64,000 nt of DNA, from NCBI GenBank assembly GCA_963710645.1, contig CAVQBD010000006.1, positions 46,550 to 110,549 of the forward strand, given 5' to 3'. The position numbers and the translations under genes were made by a program. The notes below the pieces were generated by a model. It was not told where the DNA came from and did no database searches. It saw only the letters and a list, made by a program, of their open reading frames with translations. This stretch comes from an uncultured Holophagae bacterium (GTDB taxonomy: Bacteria; Acidobacteriota; Thermoanaerobaculia; Thermoanaerobaculales; Sulfomarinibacteraceae). This document shows positions 8,853 through 20,080 of the stretch, in pieces. Each line of letters opens with the position of its first letter. The first letter of the stretch is position 1.

Positions 8853-11018
8853 ATGACTGAGAACTTCCAAGGACCGTACCCCACACCCTATCCGCCGCAA
8901 AGCCCCGGCCCGGTTCCGCCGTGGCCGCAGCCTCCGATGGCGTGGGTTGAGGAGGCGGAGTCCGAGGTCAACATCATGGACTACGTTCGCCTCATCTGGG
9001 CGCGGAAGTGGATCGTCATGGGTGTGACTGTGGTGGTCGATTCTGCTTGGGACGGCGTGGGCAGTCACCCAGAAGAAGATGTACCGCGCCGAATACCAAG
9101 ATCACCATCTATCCGGCGCCTCAGCTCACCCAGAATCAGCTCGATATGGCCATGAGCTGGTGGCAGATGGATCGTTTCATCTCGGATCAGATGGAGGTTT
9201 TGCAGACACGAAAGATGGCGGAACGGGTGGTGGAAAAGGTGGGTCTCGAATCAGCATCCCGAGTTCGCCGGCGGCGACGCGGCGGGCGCTTTGCTGAGCC
9301 GCGATTTCGGTCGAACCGGTTCGAGACTCCTTCGTGGTTCGGGTCTCAATGATCGGTTTCGAACCCGAGCACCACGGCCGAGTGGCTGAACGTCTATGTG
9401 GAGGAGTACATTTCGGCGAATATCGAGTCGAGCATTGGGCGGACGCCAGGAGATTTACAAGGTCATCCAGGACCGTCTCGCGCCGATGCGGGACAGGGTC
9501 AAGGAGTCGGAAGAGGACCTCATGGCGTTCCGCGAGCGCGACACCGAGATGCTGTTCGCGGACGAGGACCAGAATGTCATCTCCGAGCAGATCGAGAACT
9601 CTGACGACCGATTATGCTTCGAGTCCAAGGCCGAGCGGATCCGTCTCGAGACGCGGCTCAACGCGGTGAACGATCTGTCGGCCGTCGATCTGGCCGAGAC
9701 GAGCTTCCCGGCGGTGCTGAACGACGCCACGATTCAAGGTCTGTTGCAGCAGAAGGCCGACCTCGAGGTCGAGCTCACCGACAAGCTCCGGCAGCATGAA
9801 GGAGGGTCACCCGCAGGTGCAGCAGTTGCGCTCGTCGATCGACGCGATTACGGCCGCATCTTCGAGCAGATCCAGACTATCAAGACTTCGGCCAAGACCG
9901 AGTACGACATGGTGAGACGGCGTGAGCGTCGCTGTACGCCAACATCCAACAGCTCAAGGGGCAGGCCATCGGCCTGTCCAAGCAGACCCTGGAATACCGC
10001 GAGCCTCGAAGAGGAGTATCGGCAGAACAAGACCTTCCTGGACGACATGATGGCTCGCTCCAAGGAAGCGGACATCTCGCAGACCACCGCGGTCAACAAT
10101 ATCAGCGTAATCGAGCCGGCGCGATCGCCCGGTGGGCCGTTTAAACCCAACCCCAAGCGGGCAGCCATCTTGTCCGCCATCATGGGACTGTTGTCTGGGT
10201 GTGGGTCTGGTGTTCATCCTCGACTTTCTCGATCACACCTCGCGCACCCCGGAACAGGTGGAGGGCTACCTGGGTTTGGAGTCCTCACGGTGTTGCCCAA
10301 GTTCACCGGAGGACGCGGCACGGGCCATGCGAGAGGCCTTCCAAACTTTGCGCACCGCTGTCATTCTGGCGGCTCGCGGCAACGGCAGCCATGTCATGCA
10401 GGTCACGTCGGCAGTGCCGTCCGAAGGCAAGACGACGGTGGCCTGGAACGTGGCCAAGGTGTTGGCCACCGGTGGCCCGAGGGTGCTGTTGATTGACGGT
10501 GACCTCCGAAAGCCACGCGTTCACCGGCTGATCAACGCCAAGAACGTCCGCGGATTGACCTCGGTCGTGCTCGGCGAGCGCGATCTCGACGAAGTGATCC
10601 AACCCAGCCTGACCTGTCCCGAACCTCCACATCGTCACCTCGGGCCCGCTGCCGCCCAACCCGCCGGAGGTGTTCGGCAAGGGGACCTTCCTGACGTATG
10701 CTGGCCTCGGCGCGGAAGACTACGATTGGATCATCCTCGACACGCCTCCGGTCACGTCGGTGACCGATCCGGTCATGGCGTCACGAACCGTGGACATGCT
10801 GCTGTTGGTGGTGCAGTACGGTGGCGCCAGGCCGCGAGCTCGCCCGCGAGGCGGTGCGTCTCTTGTCGCGCACCGGCACGCGAATCGCCGGGGTCGTTCT
10901 CAATCAAGTCGACATGGACAAGGACCACTACTACTACTCTGGCTACTACTCCTACTATCACTATGGTGACGAACCCGCGACCAGCGGGAAGCGAAAGGCG
11001 AAGGCCAAGGCGAGTTGA
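8853..11018 (+). pseudogene. polysaccharide co-polymerase (Wzz/GumC-like) fused to BY-tyrosine kinase, with multiple frameshifts
   Basis: Recognisable pieces are scattered over all three + frames. They include the Wzz N-terminus (DYVRLIWARKWIVMGVTVVV), a coiled-coil middle, Walker A (VTSAVPSEGKTTVAWNVA), ...VLLIDGDLRKP..., ...DWIILDTPPV..., and a Tyr-rich tail (DHYYYSGYYSYYHYG). At least six frame changes are needed to join them. Confidence 0.75.
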
Positions 11019-11267
11019 GAGCCTCGTTGATGACCGGGTAGGACGACGTGATCAATCCAAGACCATATCGTAGACCGAGGGTCAGATGTTCCGAGGCGTT
11101 TTCCGCCATTTAGCGATTCTTGGGTTCGCTGGTCGGGTGTTCCACGCGGTCCATGGTGCCGGTCGGTCGTGGTGAACCAGCCTGGCGGGCCGACTCCCTC
11201 TATTTGACCAATTGAGCGAAAGTACACTGATATCTGATGTTGACCGATTTCGATTGGAAGAACGAAA

Positions 11268-11966
11268 ATGTGGGGTAGGCCTGCGAAAACGGGTCCGGAT
11301 TTCGTGATTATTGGTGCCATGAAGTCCGGTACTACAAGTTTGTTCAGATGGCTTAAAGCCCATTCCGAATGTGATCTCTGCCCCATGAAAGAAACGCACT
11401 TTTTCAGCCGGAATTGGGACCGCGGTTTGTCCTGGTATGAGGGCCTCTTTTGTGAAATCGAAGCTGACAAGGTAACCGGAGAAGCCTCTCCCAGTTATAC
11501 CCATCCGGACAACTCAGAACTGGTCGCCGAACGACTCTATTCTACGTTCCCAAATACAAGAATCCTCTACGTTATTCGGGATCCGATCGATCGGATGCGG
11601 TCGGAGTTTCGGCATGAGGTGCAGCGAAACCGTGAGAACCGGGAGTTCGACGTCGCGTTGCTCTCCGAGGACAGGCCCTACTGGCGGAGAAGCATGTACT
11701 GGTCCTGCGTGAATCCGTTCGTTTCACGGTTTGATCGTCAGAACGTGAAGGTCATCAAATTTGAAGATCTTGTATCGGAAGAGGACGGGGCCTGGCAAGA
11801 GGTTCTCGAATTCTGGGCCTTGGCCGGGAAAAAACACGAACCTGGGACAAAAATCAATAAGACAACCGGCAAGGCGGGTTTCCGCCCCTTGAACACGAGT
11901 GGTCTATTCGCAGGGTCTGGGCAGGTTGGCCGATATGGTTCCCAGCGGGATTCTGGAAAGGCCTGA
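11268..11966 (+). CDS. sulfotransferase (C-terminus continues to about 12116 through two compensating frame changes)
   Basis: PAPS-binding 5'-PSB motif FVIIGAMKSGTTSL and 3'-PB motif VIRDPIDRMRSEF. After the stop at 11964-11966 the same frame reopens and reads ...LVPEHIEAKVWEDVGELEQWLDRG*, a typical sulfotransferase tail. Confidence 0.75.
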   Translation: MWGRPAKTGPDFVIIGAMKSGTTSLFRWLKAHSECDLCPMKETHFFSRNWDRGLSWYEGLFCEIEADKVTGEASPSYTHPDNSELVAERLYSTFPNTRILYVIRDPIDRMRSEFRHEVQRNRENREFDVALLSEDRPYWRRSMYWSCVNPFVSRFDRQNVKVIKFEDLVSEEDGAWQEVLEFWALAGKKHEPGTKINKTTGKAGFRPLNTSGLFAGSGQVGRYGSQRDSGKA

Positions 11967-12158
11967 CGGCCTCTGTTTTTTACCCAAAGTGACAGCTACT
12001 TTCAACTCGCGAATACCTGCAGACGACTGGTTCCCGAACACATCGAAGCAAAGGTCTGGGAAGACGTCGGTGAGTTGGAACAGTGGCTGGATCGCGGCCA
12101 GTTATGGCAGCGATGAAGCAGGGTTGTCCGATTGGCTCGAGGGTTGCCGGGAACATCA

Positions 12159-12902
12159 ATGACGAGAATTGTCGGCTCAGTTTGCGCCATGATCCTATCG
12201 GACAAGTCGAGCGGGTCGAGCATGCTGCAGCGGGAACTGGCGAAACACCCAGACGTCAACGTGGTGCGCTGGACGAGGCACCAGGAAAACGAAACACTCT
12301 ACTGGAACAAGGCCGCGATAGTGATGGGTCTGCCACACGAAAACCTCTATCGCTCCGAAATGCCAATGCCGCATGCGCAGGCTCGGGACGAGCTCATCGA
12401 GTTTCTTGAGAACAATCTCTCTCAGGCGCCGGTGATCACCGATGACGGAAGCTGGGTGTTTGAGGGGTGGCGAGCCCTCTGTGAAGAGTACGGCCCAGTG
12501 TTTCTGGAAAAGTCACCCCATCATATTCATAGTGAGTCTGCCCTTGCACTGATCGAGGAATGCTCTGTGAAATTCCCGGAGATTTCGTTCCGTTACATCG
12601 GTCTTGCAAGAAATCCGATTTCTACGCTTTATTCGATGTGGAAGAGATGGAGAATCCATCCGTCGAAGAAGGAAAAGGAATGGTCGTCGTCTTACCGGAG
12701 ATTATTGAATTTTTCCAAAGTCCATAAAATCGAAACAATCGTCGTAAAATATGAAGATATCGTCAAAAATAAAATTAAAATGGACACAATTTTTGAACAT
12801 ATCGGCGTGAGTAATTTCGAGCTCATCAAATCTGATATTCACAGTCGGTCTGTGGATTCTTGGGAAACGCGATCAGCGATTCCGATGGACGCCGTCAGCT
12901 GA
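12159..12902 (+). CDS. sulfotransferase-family protein (divergent)
   Basis: N-terminal ILSDKSSGSSML (P-loop-like PAPS site) and ...LARNPISTLYSMW... (3'-PB-like). The 3' third is conspicuously AT-rich compared with its surroundings. Confidence 0.6.
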   Translation: MTRIVGSVCAMILSDKSSGSSMLQRELAKHPDVNVVRWTRHQENETLYWNKAAIVMGLPHENLYRSEMPMPHAQARDELIEFLENNLSQAPVITDDGSWVFEGWRALCEEYGPVFLEKSPHHIHSESALALIEECSVKFPEISFRYIGLARNPISTLYSMWKRWRIHPSKKEKEWSSSYRRLLNFSKVHKIETIVVKYEDIVKNKIKMDTIFEHIGVSNFELIKSDIHSRSVDSWETRSAIPMDAVS

Positions 12903-13155
12903 AACCGTCGACGTGGCTGCAGCCTTGGGATACTCCCAGATGGACCTCGCGACGCTCAGACCGACGGTGTCATGGGCGGTCACCAGCCGAGTGTCAGCTT
13001 TCGCCGCAGACGCGAGGTTCATCGGTAAAAGCTCTTAAGAAACGAGTCACCGGTCCATTGGCTTGGGTGATCGTATTGGAAACGCCGAGTGTCACCACAT
13101 CGGCATGGGCCGCTCTGGGGTGTGAGGGTCGGCCGTCGCTTCGGACGGAGTTTGT

Positions 13156-14651
13156 TTGAACGACGGAGTCGTAGCGAAGGAAGGCTCGACCTCGAGCAGG
13201 TTCGTACGCGGGGTCGCTTGGATGCTCGGAGGGCAGGCGACCTTTCAGCTCATTCGCAGGCTGTTCCGAATTCTCCTGGCGTCGATCTTGCTCCCGGCGG
13301 ATTTCGGTTTGATGGCGATGGCAATGACGGTGGTGTCGCTCTCGGAGATCTGGCTGGATCTCGGTTTTGGCCGCGCTTGTGCAGCATTCCGATCCAAGGG
13401 ACACCGATTGGTCATCCGTCTTCTGGCTCAATGTTGGACTCGGTGTCGCGGTGTTTGCTGTTGTACAAGGGGCGGCGGGGATGGTGGGGTCTTTGTACGA
13501 GGATCCAAGGGTTGTGCCGGTCCTGCGGGCGTTGGCATTTTCCTTCGTGATCGCTGTTCCCGGGAGCACATTCTCAGGCTCGCCTCCAGCGGTCGATGGA
13601 CTTTCGCCTGCTCAGCCTGCGCAGGGGAGTGGCTGCGCTCGCCGCCGGGTTGGCGGCCGTTGGCTTGGCGATGGCTGGGACTGGCGTATGGGCGCTCGTC
13701 GGTTATCACCTGACCTTCACGGTGTTGTCGGTCGTAATGCTCGCCCTTGCCTGCCGCTGGAGGCCGTCGGCCGTATTTTCTTGGCGGGCAATCCGCGACC
13801 TCTGGACCTTCGGGCGAAACGTCACCGGGGCCAGGATGTTGAACTACATGAACAAGAATCTCGACAAGGTGGTCGTGGGGCGAGGACTCGGCGCGTCCCA
13901 GCTCTGGTCTGTACTCGCTGGCGTTTCAAGGCGTGCTTCTCCCGCTGCAGTATGCCGTTCGGCCGCTGGGCCAGGTGCTGTTTTCCGCCTTGAGCGCGGT
14001 TCACCGGGAAGAGGAGTCCAGGGTCGAGCCGGTGTACCTTTCGGTTCTCTCGGTCATTGCGACCACGATCTGGCCGGCGGGACTTCTCGCGGTCTCGTCG
14101 CTCCAATCGCGATTCCGGCCGTCTTGGGTGACAGGTGGGCGCCGGTGGTGCCCGCATTTTGTGCGCTGGCGGTGGCGGGGATGTTCGCGGCCGTCCAGAA
14201 CCCGGGGTTTCAAGTCCTCAAGGCGGTGGGGAAGCCAAAGGCCCTGCTGGTCTTTCAGGCGGTCTCGGTGCCGGCCATGCTCGTGGGTGTGTGGGTCGGC
14301 ATGGCACATGGCGTCTTTGGTGTCGCACTTGGATACTCGGCGGCGACAATTCTGCTGACCGGAGTGAACCTCGCGGTCCTGTCCAAGCACAGTGGAGTCC
14401 GATGGTCTCGTGCGCTCGGGGTGCTGCTGCGAGCAGCGATCCCGATCGTCGCCTCCCTCGTTGTCTTCCTGACGTTTCCGCGTTTGGTTGACATGCCCCG
14501 GCCGTGGCTGGAAGCACTCCTCGGGCTAACCCTCTCAAGTGTCGTATTCCTCGTGATCTCGCGCGTTGTCGTCGCGGAAGCGTGGACAGCGCTGCGAAAG
14601 TCACGGCATCTGTTGGTCAACCGTGTGAACAAGGGAAATCAACCAGCGTGA
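13156..14651 (+). pseudogene. Wzx-type flippase (MOP superfamily polysaccharide biosynthesis protein), frameshifted
   Basis: Hydrophobic multi-TM protein with a typical N-terminus (...VRGVAWMLGGQATFQLIRRLFRILLASILLPADFGLMAMA...). It can only be read by switching among three frames (ORFs 13156-13713, 13367-13993, 13596-14651, 13933-14358). Confidence 0.7.
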
Positions 14652-14690
14652 CTCCAGACTCGACCGATACCGTTGTCGTGAATCTGTGCA

Positions 14691-15620
14691 ATGAGGGTGG
14701 AAATGGCTGAACCACGACCATTGGACTTCCTATGCATTGGTGCGCCAAAATCGGGGACGACATCGATCTTCCACTACCTCCGCGCTCAGGACGCCGTGTT
14801 CATGCCAGCAATCAAAGAGGCGCCGTATTTCTGCGACGACCGGCGGTTTTCAGAGGGCTGGACTTCCTTCTGGCGTGAGTATTTTCACGATGCGGGTGCT
14901 GGAGACCTTGTGGGTAAGGTCACGCCGCAATACATGGGAGACCTCCGGGTTGCTGCCAGGATCGCGGCTGAAATGCCCGATGTGAAGATCTTTTGCGTCC
15001 TGAGAAACCCGATCGATCGAGCCTTCTCCGACTACCGCATGCGTCGGCGGGTCGGCAAGGAGCATCGGAGTTTTGACGAAGTCGTGAAGATCCAATCTCG
15101 CGAGGATGCCCTACACAGAGCGCGAGATTACCGCCATGACAGGGACCAGCCCATGGACGTTTACCTCGCGCGCAGCGAGTACGGGCGCCTTTTGGACCGG
15201 TTCCGCAATGAAATTGGTGAAGAACGCGTCCAGATCCTATTTTCGGAAAATCTCAAGAGCAGCCCCGAGGCCACGGTTCAGAGGGTCCTCGACCACATTG
15301 GAAGCCGCGCACCTCTCGAGACGTCAGCGCTGCGCAAGGATTTCCATGTGGGTGGAGACCATGTCCGCTTTAAGAGGTTGCCTGACCGCCTGAGGAACAT
15401 TCCTCCCCTGCGAGCGCTTTGGCATTGTATTCCGCCGTCGGTCAGGAAAAACATCTTTGTAAGGTACAAATACGATTGGAATGTCAGGAAGGGTCACATC
15501 ACAATGGCTCGAGAAACTCGGTCACTCCTGGCGGATTTCTTCAGAGACGACGTGAAATTCTTGAGAGAGTCTTGGGATGTCACGATTCCATGGAACGAGT
15601 TCTCCGATATCTCGATGTAG
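14691..15620 (+). CDS. sulfotransferase
   Basis: FLCIGAPKSGTTSIFHYL (5'-PSB) and CVLRNPIDRAFSDY (3'-PB). Intact ORF. Confidence 0.85.
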   Translation: MRVEMAEPRPLDFLCIGAPKSGTTSIFHYLRAQDAVFMPAIKEAPYFCDDRRFSEGWTSFWREYFHDAGAGDLVGKVTPQYMGDLRVAARIAAEMPDVKIFCVLRNPIDRAFSDYRMRRRVGKEHRSFDEVVKIQSREDALHRARDYRHDRDQPMDVYLARSEYGRLLDRFRNEIGEERVQILFSENLKSSPEATVQRVLDHIGSRAPLETSALRKDFHVGGDHVRFKRLPDRLRNIPPLRALWHCIPPSVRKNIFVRYKYDWNVRKGHITMARETRSLLADFFRDDVKFLRESWDVTIPWNEFSDISM

Positions 15621-15692
15621 ATCCAATCTAAAAAACTGATATTGGCTACATTGAAATTCGTATCAACCGTCGACACGTTTGACAGTGAAGAG

Positions 15693-16865
15693 ATGATTAG
15701 AGTTCTTTTTCTTATCGATACACTCGAGGTTGGAGGCACAGAAAGAAGTATCCTCGAAATCTCTCGTCGATTTGAGGAGACACAAGCCACGGTTTGTCAC
15801 GTGTTTAGAGGTGATGTTCTCAAGCCAGAATACGAAGAAAATGGATTGGAAGTTATTTCCATCAATGAGCCAGGGAATCGCATCTCTCTGAGCGCTCTTT
15901 CTTGTGTAAGGAAAGTCGTATCAAAGGTGCGACCTCAAGTCATTCATTCTGCCCTGTATCGAGCGAGTATTCTTGGTCGAATTGCTGCCGGAATGGCTGG
16001 GATTCCGCACGTTGATAGCCTGGTCAACGACTCCTACGGGCGGCTGCGGTTCGAGCGTCTGAGCAGGAGCCGTCGGGCAAAGCTCCGGGCAGTCCAGTTG
16101 TTGGATCGTGCCACCGTTCGACTGGCGGACGTCTTCGTGGCGAATTCGGCAGCCATCGCTGAGAGCAACCGGCAAGCGTTGGGTATCCCACGGGATCGGA
16201 TCAGGGTGATCCACAGGGGTCGGGATCCCCGGAGCCTGATGGCGACTCGGGAAGAGGCAGCGGAGGTTCGAACGGAGTTAATCCTCCGGGACCGCCCGAT
16301 GATACTCAACGTGGCGAGGCTTAGGGAACGGAAGGGACAGCGAGAGCTGATTCAAGCGATGGACCAAATCCTCAGGAGTGCGCCGAAGGCAGTGCTGGTG
16401 ATCGCGGGTGAGGGGCCGTTTCTGGATGAGCTCGAGCGCCTTCGAGACGGGCTGGGTCTCGGTAACCATGTGGTGTTTCTTGGCCGCCGTGACGATGTGC
16501 CTGCTCTTCTCGCGGCGGCGGACGTTTTTGTCTTCCCGTCGCATTACGAGGGCTTGCCCGGCGCGCTGATCGAGGCGATGTTTGCCGGTGTGCCGATCGT
16601 AGCCTCCGACACTCCAATGCACCGGGAGTGCTTGGACGAGGGAGTCAGCGGTGCGCTGTTTCCGGTGGGCGATCCGGATGCCCTTGCCGCTGCGGTTGTA
16701 TGGGCGATGGGGCAGCCCGAAGAATCCGCCCTCTTGGGCCAGCGGGCGCAGCAGACCGCGACAGAGAAGTTTCACATCGACAAGGTCGCTCGGCAGCATG
16801 AAGAACTGTACCAAGAGTTGATCGACCGCCGCGGCAAATGCGATGAGGATTCTACAGCTCATTGA
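15693..16865 (+). CDS. glycosyltransferase family 4
   Basis: MIRVLFLIDTLEVGGTERS... N-terminus and the C-terminal ...FVFPSHYEGLPGALIEAMFAGVPIVASD... EX7E region. The ORF track starts 17 codons upstream at a TTG. Confidence 0.85.
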   Translation: MIRVLFLIDTLEVGGTERSILEISRRFEETQATVCHVFRGDVLKPEYEENGLEVISINEPGNRISLSALSCVRKVVSKVRPQVIHSALYRASILGRIAAGMAGIPHVDSLVNDSYGRLRFERLSRSRRAKLRAVQLLDRATVRLADVFVANSAAIAESNRQALGIPRDRIRVIHRGRDPRSLMATREEAAEVRTELILRDRPMILNVARLRERKGQRELIQAMDQILRSAPKAVLVIAGEGPFLDELERLRDGLGLGNHVVFLGRRDDVPALLAAADVFVFPSHYEGLPGALIEAMFAGVPIVASDTPMHRECLDEGVSGALFPVGDPDALAAAVVWAMGQPEESALLGQRAQQTATEKFHIDKVARQHEELYQELIDRRGKCDEDSTAH

Positions 16866-17970
16866 CGCTCCCCGCAGACGGGGGGCGGAAGTCTTCGCCC
16901 GCCAACTGACCGACGGGCTCGGGCGGAAAGGGCACGACGTCCTGTTGGTGGCCATGCGCTCGGCGTCTGCCGCCGGCGGCACCTTGAAAGTGGATCAGAC
17001 CGTCGGTGGCTGGAATGGACGAGGGCTGTCCCTGGCGGCTGTCAGAAAAGTGGCGCGGATCGCCAGGTCCTGTTCGGCCGATGTTGTGCAGGCGAACGGG
17101 GGTTCCACACCAAAGTGTGCTGCCCTGGCGAAGATCTTGAGTCCCAGAGGGCGGTGGAAGCTCGTCTACCGCAATATCGGTGACCCGAGCTTCTGGATCT
17201 CAAGTCCGCTGCAGAGGGCATTTTATCGTCGTGTCGTGTGGCCCCGGTTTGATGGTGTGGTCTCGGTCAGCCGGCAGGGGAGAGATGGTCTTCGAAGGGT
17301 GTACGGTTCTGGTGGTCCACGGATTGAAGTGATCTACCAGGGTGTCGATGACGGGAGCCTGATGGCGACCGTATCGCGGTCGGACGTACGTTGCGAGATG
17401 GGAACCCCTGAGACTTCCGTCGTGCTGATTTGGGTAGGTGCCCTCAGCAACGAGAAACGTCCGGATCGCGCTCTCCGAGTCATGTCCGCACTCAAACGAG
17501 AGGGGACATCCGCCGTTCTCTGGATGGTCGGTGCGGGACCACTGAGCGAGGAGTTGACGGGAGTTGCCCGAGACCTGGGAATCGAGGAATCCGTGCGGTG
17601 GGTCGGCGCCGTGGAAAATGTGGGAACCTATCTGCACGCGGCCGATATCTTCGTGCTGACAAGTGACACCGAAGGGATTCCGGGGGCATTGCTCGAGGCG
17701 ATGACGGTGGGATTGCCGTGCGTCGCCACCAATGTGGGCGGGATCTCGGAGATTTTGACCGAAGGACGCACAGGACTATTTCGCGAACCCGACGATGAAC
17801 TCGGGCTTGCAGAGTGCGTGGAGAGACTCATCAGAGATGTCGATCTGAGACATGAATTGGGAAGCGATGCGCAGAGAGATGCTGTGGTTCGATTTTCCAT
17901 GGAAAATTGTGTGACGAAGTATGAGGCTTTTTATAACGAGATGATGGCCGATGAGCGTCTCAGAGAATGA
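16843..17970 (+). CDS. glycosyltransferase family 4
   Basis: MRILQLIDAPRRRGAEVFA... and ...FVLTSDTEGIPGALLEAMTVGLPCVATNVGG.... Confidence 0.85.
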   Translation: MRILQLIDAPRRRGAEVFARQLTDGLGRKGHDVLLVAMRSASAAGGTLKVDQTVGGWNGRGLSLAAVRKVARIARSCSADVVQANGGSTPKCAALAKILSPRGRWKLVYRNIGDPSFWISSPLQRAFYRRVVWPRFDGVVSVSRQGRDGLRRVYGSGGPRIEVIYQGVDDGSLMATVSRSDVRCEMGTPETSVVLIWVGALSNEKRPDRALRVMSALKREGTSAVLWMVGAGPLSEELTGVARDLGIEESVRWVGAVENVGTYLHAADIFVLTSDTEGIPGALLEAMTVGLPCVATNVGGISEILTEGRTGLFREPDDELGLAECVERLIRDVDLRHELGSDAQRDAVVRFSMENCVTKYEAFYNEMMADERLRE

Positions 17971-18009
17971 CCATTGGGGGCGCGGTTCGGTCACTCAGGG
18001 CGTCGTAAT

Positions 18010-18864
18010 ATGCTGAAGGACTTGATCAAACCCCTGATCCCGGGTCGGAGGCGATCGCAATTGGCCCGCCTCCGAGTCCAATTGCGAAGACCCTCCGCCC
18101 CGATGAGGCGGCTGCCGGATTTTCTCATCATTGGCGGTATGAGGTGCGGCACGAGCTCCCTGTTTCGTTACCTCGGGTCTCATCCCGGCGTCGCCCCCTC
18201 GATCCGGAAGGAAACCGAGTATTTCAGTCGCTACTTTGACCGGGGTGACGGTCGGTACCGGGCCCATTTCCCGATGGATCTCGGCATTTTGGGCCGACGA
18301 ACGCCACTCAGTTTTGAGGCGACGCCGTACTATTTGTTGCATCCCCACGCTCCCGCTCGCGCCGCCTCGCTTGTGCCAAATGCAAAACTCATTGTCATGT
18401 TGAGGGATCCCACGACGAGGGCCCACTCCCACCATCAGCATATGTACAGATTGGGGCTTGAGGATCTTCCCTTTGACGAAGCGATCAAGCGGGAACCGGA
18501 AAGGACGGATGGCCAGTGGCAATTGCTCTTGCGGGATCCCAACGCGGACGTGCTCGATCTGCACAGGTACTCCTACTTGCGCAGGGGACGATACGTGGAA
18601 CAGATCCGTCGATGGCTCGAGTACTTTCCCGCGGAGAACATGCTCTTCGTGCAATTCGAGAGGTTCTTTGGTAACCCCCCGGAGGAATACGCTAGGGTCC
18701 TTGACTTCATAGGTGTGACTCGGTTCCTCCCGGCGGAGTTCAGAAATTTCAGTTACGTGTCGGGGGATCAGAAACAAAAGACGTCAAAGGCCAAGGTCCC
18801 GGCCGACATACGAGCCAGATTGCGAAGCATTTCAAAGAGTCCAACCAGGAGCTTGGGGAACTGA
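18010..18864 (+). CDS. sulfotransferase
   Basis: FLIIGGMRCGTSSLFRYL (5'-PSB) and VMLRDPTTRAHSHH (3'-PB). Start taken at the MLKDLIK Met. Confidence 0.85.
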   Translation: MLKDLIKPLIPGRRRSQLARLRVQLRRPSAPMRRLPDFLIIGGMRCGTSSLFRYLGSHPGVAPSIRKETEYFSRYFDRGDGRYRAHFPMDLGILGRRTPLSFEATPYYLLHPHAPARAASLVPNAKLIVMLRDPTTRAHSHHQHMYRLGLEDLPFDEAIKREPERTDGQWQLLLRDPNADVLDLHRYSYLRRGRYVEQIRRWLEYFPAENMLFVQFERFFGNPPEEYARVLDFIGVTRFLPAEFRNFSYVSGDQKQKTSKAKVPADIRARLRSISKSPTRSLGN

Positions 18865-18963
18865 TCGGAGAAGCTCTGCCATGGTGAATCGCATCCAGAT
18901 GAACGGTGGGGCAACCATTCCGATGGGCTCCTCGACATCGCGATGCCCGGGTTTCATGCCGTG

Positions 18964-20079
18964 ATGCGAGTGCTGCACCTCATCAAGGGGCTGGGGCGGG
19001 GTGGCGCGGAAATGCTGCTGCCGTCGCTGATCCGGGGCGGGGCGCCGGAGTACAGCTATTCGGTCGGCTATTTCCTTCCGTGGAAAGATGCCCTGGTGCC
19101 CGAGCTGCAGGCCATGGGTGTGTTGGTGGATCGTTTCACGGCCCGGGGCCCGATCGGGATGATGGCCCAGGTGCCCGCGGTCGCTCGGTTTGTGAGACGA
19201 AACCGGTTCGACCTCATCCACGCGCACCTGCCGCTCGCCGGAGTGGTCGGCCGTCTGGCCGGCCGGTTGGCATCTGTGCCCGTGGTGTACACGGAACACA
19301 ATCTGCAAGAGCGCTACCATCCTTTGACCCGCGGATTGAATTCCAGGACGTGGCGTTTCCAAAGCGCGGTCATAGCGGTCTCGGGCGAGGTGGAGGAATC
19401 GGCCAGACGTCAAAATGGCTCGGCGGTGCCGATTTACGTGGTACGCAACGGCATTGAAATCCCGCCGGAGATTGAGAGTAATGCCTCCAGAGAGAGGGTG
19501 CGACGGGACCTGGGGATCGGACCTGCAGCGCCGGTTGTCGGAACCGTGGCCGTATTTCGCACCCAGAAACGTCTTGACAACTGGCTCACAGCGGCCGCTG
19601 CCATCGCGCGCGAGGTCCCTGACGTTCATTTCTTGCTGGTGGGGGACGGCCCGGTCCGGGGCGAACTCGAGCAGTCGGTTCTCTCACTGGGGATCGCGGA
19701 CAGAGTGCACTTCGCTGGACTCACCGACGACGTTCCTAGATACCTCGGCGCCATGGATGTCTATCTCATGTCTTCAGAGTTCGAGGGACTGCCGCTGGCC
19801 CTGCTCGAGGCCATGGCGGCGGGTCTCCCGGTGGTGGCGACGGCGGTGGGGGGTATTCCGGAGGTCGTCGACCACGAGGTTTCGGGTTTCCTTGTGCGGC
19901 CGGGCGACACGATCGCCCTCGCCGGTTCTGTGGTGCGATTGCTCGAGGGCCATAGGCTCGCGAAGTCCATCGGCAAAACCGGACGAATGGTCGTCGAGGA
20001 CCGATTTGGAATCCAACGCATGGCACGTGAACTCGAGGCGGTGTATCGCGGCGTCACGGCCTCCGCCGAAGGCGCATGA
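18964..20079 (+). CDS. glycosyltransferase family 4
   Basis: MRVLHLIKGLGRGGAEMLL... and ...YLMSSEFEGLPLALLEAMAAGLPVVATAVGGIPE.... Confidence 0.85.
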   Translation: MRVLHLIKGLGRGGAEMLLPSLIRGGAPEYSYSVGYFLPWKDALVPELQAMGVLVDRFTARGPIGMMAQVPAVARFVRRNRFDLIHAHLPLAGVVGRLAGRLASVPVVYTEHNLQERYHPLTRGLNSRTWRFQSAVIAVSGEVEESARRQNGSAVPIYVVRNGIEIPPEIESNASRERVRRDLGIGPAAPVVGTVAVFRTQKRLDNWLTAAAAIAREVPDVHFLLVGDGPVRGELEQSVLSLGIADRVHFAGLTDDVPRYLGAMDVYLMSSEFEGLPLALLEAMAAGLPVVATAVGGIPEVVDHEVSGFLVRPGDTIALAGSVVRLLEGHRLAKSIGKTGRMVVEDRFGIQRMARELEAVYRGVTASAEGA

Positions 20080-20080
20080 G

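Noticed and set aside
19415-20080. N-terminal 222 codons of the 559-aa ORF 19415-21094
   Set aside because: This part is out of frame and overlaps the GT4 gene 18964-20079. It is Arg/Ser/Trp-rich with no motif. Only the part from the Met at 20081 (GNAT-like) looks coding.
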